DNA from: a virus
IMG/VR virus record: IMGVR_UViG_3300027833_000025
Coordinates: 33,819 to 97,818 of that record
Length of the DNA: 64,000 nt
Reading direction: 5' to 3' (one strand)
Position 1 is the stretch's first letter; each line of letters opens with the position of its first letter. Both the position numbers and the translations under genes were made by a program. The notes under the pieces were generated by a model, which was given only the letters and a program-made list of their open reading frames with translations, was not told the origin of the DNA and ran no database searches. This document shows, one piece after another, positions 19,364 to 26,791 of this stretch.

Positions 19364-20584
19364 ATGAGATTAAATGAATTTGATGATTCACTGAGTAGAG
19401 CAGACTTAGATGCGTTAGAAGTTTTTGCAGACAAAGTATTTGGTAAAGTAGGCATTGATGTAAACTTCACACGACACTTCTTAGATAGAGTAAATGACGA
19501 GCGCAACATTAAGCAGATCACCAAAGGTGAATTGACTCGCTTGTTCAAGCAAGAAGCAAAACGTTGGGCAAAGCCTATTGCTAGATTGGGACCAGATGCA
19601 GAAGGTACTATGAAGGATTTACAGACACAGATAAATCTACCATTTGTATTAGTATGGGATCATAATAATCAAGAACTTGATTTGATTGCTAAGACTGTTA
19701 TGCGCAAAAAAGATTTTAAGACTCATAACACAGAATTTCCAGTAGAATCAATCACCGAAGGCGACTCTGCTCCGGGCGCTGGTGCTATACATCATTCAGA
19801 AATTGCTCCAACTCTACAGAATCTAGAACAGAAATTGGGTATACCTTTAATGAAAAATGCACTAGGTAGTGTTGGCAAAAAAGAGTTTAGTGGAGACATT
19901 GATATTGCAGTGCAACTAACTAAAGAAGAGCAAGATGATTTTCAAAAGAAACTACAATCAACACCTGGACTTACATTTGTGCAAAAAACAGGTGTATTCA
20001 TTACAAGTGCCGATATTGTTGGATACGATGATAGTAAGCAAGCAGATGGAAAGCAACGCACTGGCAAAGTACAAATTGACTTTATGCCGGGCGACATAGA
20101 CTTCATGAAGCACTACTATCATTCTCCACACTCAAAAGAGATGAGCCAAGATGGTAAAAGTAGTAACTACAAAGGTGTTCACCGTAATCTTATGGTTAGT
20201 GCAATGATTGACAAAATTGACGTTAAATCAAGTGATGAAACTACACCAGATGGTAGACCACTTGAAATAGAACGCTGGATGTTCTCACCGACACAGGGCA
20301 TGGTGCGTGTAATTCGTAGACCAGTAGAAAAGAAGAATGGTACTGGTTATACAAAAGCAAATACTAATGAAGTAATCAAGGGTCCATTTAAAAATCCAGC
20401 AGAGTGGGCAAAAATATTAAAGTTAGACAATGCTGATGATCTATACAGTTTTGAATCGTTATATGCTGCTGCTAAGAAAAATTACCCATCAGATTTAGTT
20501 CAGAAGGTAGTTAGTGATTTTAAATCTAATCCTACTATTATAAAGCAAGGTATACCAACCGAATTAGAGGAACAAGTAAAATGA
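19364..20584 (+). CDS. putative internal head polyprotein: N-terminal domain + Pol-beta-type nucleotidyltransferase
   Basis: Leader MRLNE; linker FPVE-SITE|G; LGSVGKKEFSGDIDIAV (hGS..DxD) and VQIDF third Asp. Confidence 0.75.
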   Translation: MRLNEFDDSLSRADLDALEVFADKVFGKVGIDVNFTRHFLDRVNDERNIKQITKGELTRLFKQEAKRWAKPIARLGPDAEGTMKDLQTQINLPFVLVWDHNNQELDLIAKTVMRKKDFKTHNTEFPVESITEGDSAPGAGAIHHSEIAPTLQNLEQKLGIPLMKNALGSVGKKEFSGDIDIAVQLTKEEQDDFQKKLQSTPGLTFVQKTGVFITSADIVGYDDSKQADGKQRTGKVQIDFMPGDIDFMKHYYHSPHSKEMSQDGKSSNYKGVHRNLMVSAMIDKIDVKSSDETTPDGRPLEIERWMFSPTQGMVRVIRRPVEKKNGTGYTKANTNEVIKGPFKNPAEWAKILKLDNADDLYSFESLYAAAKKNYPSDLVQKVVSDFKSNPTIIKQGIPTELEEQVK

Positions 20585-21021
20585 GAATACAAGATTTATA
20601 TGAAGCAAAAAAGAAGAAAACAAAAAGATTAGATCCTGAATGTTGGGATGGTTATAAAAAAGATGGTACAAAAATAGACAATGGTGTTCGTGTAAACAAT
20701 TGTGTCATAGAGGTTAGTGAAGACGAATACACATACGAAGGTGAATTAAGTATGTTGTATGATGAATTAGAAATCTTAGACGAAGCAGAATACCAAGGTC
20801 GTAAAGTTAAACTAGGCAAGCCTTCACGAGGTGATGTTAAGAAGTTCAAAGTGTATGTAAAGAATGACAAAGGTAACGTAGTTAAAGTTAACTTTGGTGA
20901 TCCTGATATGCGCATTAGAAAGTCTAATCCAGCAGCAAGAAAGAGTTTTCGTGCACGTCATAAGTGTGCTGATAAAAAAGATAGAACCACAGCAGGATAT
21001 TGGTCTTGTAAAAAATGGTAA
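20581..21021 (+). CDS. putative internal head protein, basic Cys/Trp modules
   Basis: Leader MRIQDLYE|A; CWDGY module; ILDE|AEYQGRKVKL...ARKSFRARHKC..YWSC module. Confidence 0.7.
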   Translation: MRIQDLYEAKKKKTKRLDPECWDGYKKDGTKIDNGVRVNNCVIEVSEDEYTYEGELSMLYDELEILDEAEYQGRKVKLGKPSRGDVKKFKVYVKNDKGNVVKVNFGDPDMRIRKSNPAARKSFRARHKCADKKDRTTAGYWSCKKW

Positions 21022-21029
21022 TATAGTAT

Positions 21030-22028
21030 ATGAAAATTAGTGAAATAGTAGAACCAACGAAACTAACATTACCTACGATAGAAGTAGGTGATGAAGTGCT
21101 GGTTGGTAAATTCAAGAACAGTAAAGCAACTGTAAAGGGGTTTACAAAAGATGCTTACAATCAACCTGTAATGAAGACTACAAAGGGTGATAAGAAGGTA
21201 TTCAAAGATAGACATAGTAAATTGGTACAAGAAGATCAATCGCCAGCATTGCCAGTTACATCAGTAAAAAATTTATATCATGTTGGCACATTAGATGCGT
21301 CAAAGAAGCGTGATGGATATGAGGGCGCAGGGTTGAGCGTAAGTACCCATCCAGATGATTGGAAAAAGATTGCTAGAGGACATGTAACTGGGGATACATA
21401 TAGTGCTACTAAAGATGGAAACAGATTCCTAAATGCACATGCACTTACAGATTCGCATGACGAAGTAATCAAACAATGGGCAATTGAAAATGGATACTTA
21501 GAACAGCAAGAAACTGTTACAGTATGTTACTATGATGATGAAATGGAAGATGACCTTTGTTCAACTTTCAATTCAATGGCAGATGCAGAATATGAATATG
21601 ATGGTGAATTAGAACACTATGACGTTGAAGTAGACAAGGGTGGTATTGTTCCAACTGATAAACTGAAAAAAGCAGCAAGACAGAAACGCATGGAATCAAC
21701 TGGCGTACTAGACTTTGTTCTACCCTTATATGCAGAGCAAGCAGGACTTGATGGGGTATGGTGGCAAGATACGCTAGATGTAAGTAGATATTCAGCACCT
21801 CGTGGTGTTATTGTTCCTAGCAAAATTGACTCTTGGGAGTTTAAAGTAAACGAATCAATAGTAGAAGATGGTAAGATTGTGCAAGGTGTTAATACCACAG
21901 TAGATGTAAAGCCGGGTGAAACTGAGCGACAAGCAGCAAAGTTCGGAAACAAAATGACAAAGAAAGGTCCGCCTATATTGGGTGGCAGTTCATCTCATAA
22001 ATTATTTAATATGGGACTAGGAGAATAA
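21030..22028 (+). CDS. putative internal head polyprotein with ADP-ribosyltransferase-like domain
   Basis: Leader MKISEIVE; LYHVGT, G.GLSVS, GLDGV, GVIVPSKI resemble the ART-PolyVal pattern; LVQE and VNE/IVE junctions. Confidence 0.55.
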   Translation: MKISEIVEPTKLTLPTIEVGDEVLVGKFKNSKATVKGFTKDAYNQPVMKTTKGDKKVFKDRHSKLVQEDQSPALPVTSVKNLYHVGTLDASKKRDGYEGAGLSVSTHPDDWKKIARGHVTGDTYSATKDGNRFLNAHALTDSHDEVIKQWAIENGYLEQQETVTVCYYDDEMEDDLCSTFNSMADAEYEYDGELEHYDVEVDKGGIVPTDKLKKAARQKRMESTGVLDFVLPLYAEQAGLDGVWWQDTLDVSRYSAPRGVIVPSKIDSWEFKVNESIVEDGKIVQGVNTTVDVKPGETERQAAKFGNKMTKKGPPILGGSSSHKLFNMGLGE

Positions 22029-22030
22029 TA

Positions 22031-23161
22031 ATGAAAATTAATGAAGTTGTTACCATTAAAGAAGATGCTATGGAAATAGCGAAGACATTGATGTCATTGT
22101 CTGGTGAAGAGATAGTAGCATTAAGCGCAGCACTGACTATGACAGTTCCCGTATTGAAAGGATTGTTTAAAACTGGTAAAGGCATCATGAAAGTGAAGCG
22201 TATGATGGATAGAGCAAGTGTGCGTATCGCTAATGGCATTGTTAAAGAAGATCGTATTAATGAAATAGAGTATTCATCAGATGTTCAAAAAGATGATATG
22301 TCAAAGTATGATCTAGATGACATGATAGGATCAACTGAATCAACTGGTAAGAAGATAAACGGATATGAGATTCATACAATTGATGAAGGTGATGTATCAT
22401 TCTTGGTAAAAGAGCCATACGGTGACGGATTTTTAGGTGAGTTACGATTAAAACCTGAACACAAGTATGAAGGAATGCATAAGAGTGTTGTGTTCTTTGA
22501 TGAAGTGATTCAAGGAAAAGGTATAGCACCATTATTGTATAAAATGGCGATAGTTGATTATGGTCATACTATTGTTAGTGATTATAAGCAGTCCAAAGGT
22601 AGCAAGACCTTATGGGAACGATTAGCAAAGATGTCTGGTGTGTTTGTGTATGGATGGAATCCAAGAGCAAAGGGTGATAAAGAATTTTTTCAATGGGATC
22701 CTACTGAAGACTCCGACAGTGTAATTTATCATGGTGATTCATCAACTGATGTATTAAGAGATGAATTAGATGCATTAATGAAAGATATTGGTAGTCGTAA
22801 GCAATCAGGTGAATTGTCAGCAGAACAAGCACAGGTAGAGTGGAACGAAGGTAAAAAAGAAATCAGTGCTGAATTAAAAGATGCAGACTTAGTTAGATAC
22901 AATGACATTAGACTAATTGCAACAGCAGATAATAACTTAGACGAGTCTATAGGAGCATTAATGGGTATGATATTACCAACACACGCAGCAATGTACAAAA
23001 AAGCAGCAGCAATGATGTCAGAATTTCATGATGAATATCCATCATATGGATTGAACAAACTTGCAGCATTAGTATCAAGACGCACCGCAAAAGATTTTGA
23101 CAGACGTGCTTTGGTACAAACTTACAAAAAGCAGTATCCTTCATCAAATATAGAAGAATGA
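22031..23161 (+). CDS. putative internal head polyprotein with GNAT acetyltransferase domain
   Basis: Leader MKINEVVTIKE; IQGKGIAPLLY (motif A), SD.KQS.GSK.LWERL; IVKE/RINE and NLDE junctions. Confidence 0.7.
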   Translation: MKINEVVTIKEDAMEIAKTLMSLSGEEIVALSAALTMTVPVLKGLFKTGKGIMKVKRMMDRASVRIANGIVKEDRINEIEYSSDVQKDDMSKYDLDDMIGSTESTGKKINGYEIHTIDEGDVSFLVKEPYGDGFLGELRLKPEHKYEGMHKSVVFFDEVIQGKGIAPLLYKMAIVDYGHTIVSDYKQSKGSKTLWERLAKMSGVFVYGWNPRAKGDKEFFQWDPTEDSDSVIYHGDSSTDVLRDELDALMKDIGSRKQSGELSAEQAQVEWNEGKKEISAELKDADLVRYNDIRLIATADNNLDESIGALMGMILPTHAAMYKKAAAMMSEFHDEYPSYGLNKLAALVSRRTAKDFDRRALVQTYKKQYPSSNIEE

Positions 23162-23167
23162 GTAATA

Positions 23168-23548
23168 ATGGATATTACAGTACGTAGACTAACGCCTGCT
23201 GATGTTTATAAACTGCAAAGTATAGTAAAGGAAGATATAGCAAAAAACGCATATATCACTTGGCCCTTTACTAGAGAGATAGCATTGTCGTTTATTACTG
23301 AATACAACACATGGGGTATTTGGCTCAATGATGGTATACTTGCTGGTGCGATTGAGATAAAAGATACGCATGAAACTGCATATTTGGTTGCTACAATATA
23401 TCAAAATAATGGTATTGCTACAGCAGCAATTGAGCAGATAAAAGAAATATATCATTATAGACAATTATGGTGCAAGATAAATCCAAATAATAAAGCGAGT
23501 TTAAAAGTTGCAAACAAAACACATATGAGAGTTCAGTTTTATAGATAA
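23168..23548 (+). CDS. GNAT acetyltransferase (RimJ/RimL-like)
   Basis: YQNNGIATAA, INPNNKASLKVA. Confidence 0.85.
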   Translation: MDITVRRLTPADVYKLQSIVKEDIAKNAYITWPFTREIALSFITEYNTWGIWLNDGILAGAIEIKDTHETAYLVATIYQNNGIATAAIEQIKEIYHYRQLWCKINPNNKASLKVANKTHMRVQFYR

Positions 23549-23570
23549 ATAGTAATGCAGGAGGCAGATT

Positions 23571-23825
23571 ATGGCGAACAAGAAAGTAGAGAATCATGAT
23601 ATCGAAGATTTACATGGTCCCATGAATAGTGTTGCAAAAGAAGATGCAAAAATATGGACAGGTCTAGAAAATAAAAAAGAATCAGAATATGAATTACATG
23701 AACATAGGACAGTAGTCGCAAAAAAGCAGAAAGCGAAGAAATCTAGTAAAAAGCAAGATAGGCGAATATCGAAGCAATTAGTCAAACAAACTGACAATGG
23801 ACAAAGTGCATTATTGCATAAATAA
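23571..23825 (+). CDS. basic late hypothetical protein
   Basis: GATAAATAG 23544, GGAGG RBS. Confidence 0.7.
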   Translation: MANKKVENHDIEDLHGPMNSVAKEDAKIWTGLENKKESEYELHEHRTVVAKKQKAKKSSKKQDRRISKQLVKQTDNGQSALLHK

Positions 23826-23829
23826 TATT

Positions 23830-24039
23830 ATGAAAATAAATGAAATTATAAGTGAAGAGGCAGCAACAGGTGATACGATGTCTGGCAATTTTGGTGCTGT
23901 TTCGTTCCCAATGACACCTGGAACTACGAAAATGGCTGCTAGAAAGGCAGTTGATCCTAAAGGACATTTAGGTTTAGGTAAATCAAATAAATCTTTTAAA
24001 GGATTTAGACAATACAAGTTGGATAAAAAAGATAAATGA
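23830..24039 (+). CDS. small putative internal head protein
   Basis: Leader MKINEIISEE|A followed by basic peptide. Confidence 0.65.
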   Translation: MKINEIISEEAATGDTMSGNFGAVSFPMTPGTTKMAARKAVDPKGHLGLGKSNKSFKGFRQYKLDKKDK

Positions 24040-25217
24040 AATTCGAACAATTAAATGAGAAGTCAACATTACCATTATCACAAGAAGTTTCTAACTTACT
24101 TGGACGTGGTGATACAGTTTATATTCAAATTGATGATGCTAATGTAGCAGAAATAGTAGGAGTCAATCTTGACAAAGATAAGCGAACCGTAATTGTAGGA
24201 TTTGGTAAATCTAGAAAATCTATCCCAGTACATAACGACACATACAGAATTGATGATAGCGAGGGCTATAACGTAATTCGTAAAATTAAAGAATCAAACA
24301 TACAGGAAATTCCCATGACAAACAAAAAAATTAACGAAGGCGCATTTGGCGACTTAGCCAACGTAGCAGAACGTGATCACGAAGTGCAAATGGCACGTGC
24401 TGATCTATATAAGATAGCAAAATATGCTATGAAACTTCATGATATGTTAAAATCTGTATCAGAAGTAGAAGGTATTCAAGGTTGGCAGCAAGCTAAAATT
24501 ACTATAGCAGCAGACGATATATCAAGTGTGTACCATGCAATGGATTACGATATGATGGATCTAGATGCAGACTATGACGTAGATGAAGGAATTTCGTCTA
24601 GACCAGGCTTGAGTGCTCCATTGAAGCGTACCATTGAAAATTTACCACATTTGGTAGGCGATAAAGTTGCTGATGAACGATGGGAAGCGAAAAGAGCAGC
24701 AAAGAAAGCAGCAGTCGAAAAGCGTGGTTTAAATGCATTATTTGCTGGTGCTGGAGATACCAACTCTGTTATCACACGTCAGCGTACAGAAATGGACAAT
24801 GAAGGTAGCGCAGGCAACATATATAAAGATGGTGTTGATCAAGGTATGTATGAAATTGACACAAACGCAGATACTTTATTTTTTAATAATCAAGGGTTTG
24901 ATTCGTTTGAAGATGTAGCAGCAGCATTGGGTGGTGAATTCTCTTGGGATGAATCTGCAAAATTAAACAATGTGACCGAAGCAACTGGAACACAAGAAGG
25001 AGATCGTATGTACAAAGTTGTACACGCAAAGAAAAATCCAATTGAAGTTTCAGCATCAACTAGTTACGAAGCAGCAACAAAAGCAGCAGCGATTTGGAAA
25101 TTAAAATCAACAGCAGGTATTTCCCCGTATCTATTAGATATGAAACATGTTTCAGAACAAGCATCATCTATGTTTGAATCTGCTAGAAAGAAAGCAAAAT
25201 TAAAAGCGAAAAAATAA
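24036..25217 (+). CDS. putative internal head polyprotein
   Basis: Leader MKFEQLNE; internal IKE, IQE, INE, VDE, VTE, VSE sites between small domains; DHEVQMAR..W..AKIT helical domain. Confidence 0.7.
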   Translation: MKFEQLNEKSTLPLSQEVSNLLGRGDTVYIQIDDANVAEIVGVNLDKDKRTVIVGFGKSRKSIPVHNDTYRIDDSEGYNVIRKIKESNIQEIPMTNKKINEGAFGDLANVAERDHEVQMARADLYKIAKYAMKLHDMLKSVSEVEGIQGWQQAKITIAADDISSVYHAMDYDMMDLDADYDVDEGISSRPGLSAPLKRTIENLPHLVGDKVADERWEAKRAAKKAAVEKRGLNALFAGAGDTNSVITRQRTEMDNEGSAGNIYKDGVDQGMYEIDTNADTLFFNNQGFDSFEDVAAALGGEFSWDESAKLNNVTEATGTQEGDRMYKVVHAKKNPIEVSASTSYEAATKAAAIWKLKSTAGISPYLLDMKHVSEQASSMFESARKKAKLKAKK

Positions 25218-25381
25218 TGTTTGAACCATCACTAGAAAGTAGAAATGAATGTAATCAATGCGGTGGAGTTTGTCATGGCAAAGCCGCAAGATATCGCACA
25301 CTAACAATATTGGGCGAAATACCAAGACGAATCAAAGTGTGTGATTCATGTCAGTGCAAGAAGTGTATACCAGAAGACTAA
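25217..25381 (+). CDS. Cys-rich small protein (54 aa, not in ORF track)
   Basis: TAATG coupling; CNQCGGVCH ... CDSCQCKKC. Confidence 0.65.
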   Translation: MFEPSLESRNECNQCGGVCHGKAARYRTLTILGEIPRRIKVCDSCQCKKCIPED

Positions 25382-25391
25382 GAGAACTATT

Positions 25392-26393
25392 ATGAAAGCA
25401 ACTCAATTTTTACAAGAAGGATCCCTGACCAATCAAGAATTACGCAAGTATGGTGGTAAGCGGTTGGATTTATTCATAGCAAAGATTCAATCAGGTTCTC
25501 CATTTGTAAAAGCAGGAGAAACTGAACCTTCTATTGTGTTAGTTAATGACCCAGATATTATTGAGCGTTTAAAGAATAACGATATCCCTGCGATGTTTGA
25601 TATGGAAGAAGGCGGTTCAATTCGTCTTACTCAATTACAAAAAACTAAAGAATTCGGTAGCACAGGTAGTAAGAAAGACACCTCTGAAAAGCAAGAACAT
25701 GGTTTAATAGAAATAATCAATAATAATCCAGGTTGTATGATTAGCAAAATGGGTATTACCGCACAATCAGCGCGTGGCAATGAAGGTTTGAATGCCATGA
25801 AGAAAGAACGATACATTGATATATTCATAACTGACAGTAAAGGAAAAGATCACGGTATCTCTATGAAAGGAACAACTGCTCCATCATTAGGTGGCGGTGG
25901 CGCAGCAGGAATCAATTCTGTAGCCCCAGATTTATTCAAAAAGATATTCGCAAGAATTGAACAGTTCATGAAGAATGAATTACAATTAACCAATGGTGAT
26001 ATTATTGCATCAAAGCATATCCCAGATATATTTGTTCGTGTACCAGATGATTATGTGGAAGTCATAATGAAGGGTAACGAAGCAATGGGTGGCCCTATTG
26101 ATTATATGTATGTAGGTCCTATGGATGCTATCGGAGAAGTTGATAATAATAATATGTTGAATTTAAATGGAAAATTCTATACAATAGAAGAGTACATTAA
26201 TAAAATCGGTAATTTCTACTTTAGAATACGTAAGCGTGACATAGCAGATAATAAGACAGTTCAAGTGGCGTATGATGAAAAGAATACACTCGGTCTGCCT
26301 AAGTTATTAAAAAATCCTGAAACTCATAAAAACAATTTAAGACTAGTTGTTACTAATAAACCTTCTACAACAGGTATTATCTTAGACTTGTAA
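25392..26393 (+). CDS. putative virion-borne PD-(D/E)xK-like nuclease
   Basis: Leader MKATQFLQE|G; E....I then IDIFI......GISMK catalytic-like pattern. Confidence 0.55.
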   Translation: MKATQFLQEGSLTNQELRKYGGKRLDLFIAKIQSGSPFVKAGETEPSIVLVNDPDIIERLKNNDIPAMFDMEEGGSIRLTQLQKTKEFGSTGSKKDTSEKQEHGLIEIINNNPGCMISKMGITAQSARGNEGLNAMKKERYIDIFITDSKGKDHGISMKGTTAPSLGGGGAAGINSVAPDLFKKIFARIEQFMKNELQLTNGDIIASKHIPDIFVRVPDDYVEVIMKGNEAMGGPIDYMYVGPMDAIGEVDNNNMLNLNGKFYTIEEYINKIGNFYFRIRKRDIADNKTVQVAYDEKNTLGLPKLLKNPETHKNNLRLVVTNKPSTTGIILDL

Positions 26394-26456
26394 TATGTCA
26401 CGATTGCACTACTCAGTGCAATTATCATTACCTTTGTAAATAACCTAAAAAATCAA

Positions 26457-26485
26457 TTGACAACTCTGTGTTTATAGTGTATTAT
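26457..26485 (+). promoter_or_regulatory. sigma70-type promoter for replication genes
   Basis: TTGACA-17-TATTAT. Confidence 0.7.
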
Positions 26486-26536
26486 AGTTAAATGCATTAT
26501 CTAATGCATATTCATTAATTTTAGGAGAACATCACA

Positions 26537-26791
26537 ATGGCTCATTTTTCACCAGAAGACGTAAATAAATTAAAGCAGATCATCACAGAAGGCATTCACA
26601 TCACAGAAGAAGTGAATGTATTAAAAGAAGGTCTTAAAGACACAGTAACCGCAATTGCAGAAGAACTTGATATTAAGCCTGCGATTCTAAACAAAGCAAT
26701 TCGTGTTGCATATAAATCAGAATTCCAAAAAACGAGTGAAGACTTCAGCGAACTTGAAGATATCCTTGAGAAAGTGGGGCGTACTCTATAG
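26537..26791 (+). CDS. small dsDNA-binding protein (T4 DsbA/GapR-like)
   Basis: 84 aa helical, LKD....AEELDIKP..LNKAIR.AYK. Confidence 0.55.
   Translation: MAHFSPEDVNKLKQIITEGIHITEEVNVLKEGLKDTVTAIAEELDIKPAILNKAIRVAYKSEFQKTSEDFSELEDILEKVGRTL

Noticed and set aside
19760-20584. CBASS CD-NTase
   Set aside because: No Cap effector or Cap2/3 neighbours; only the generic Pol-beta motif is seen
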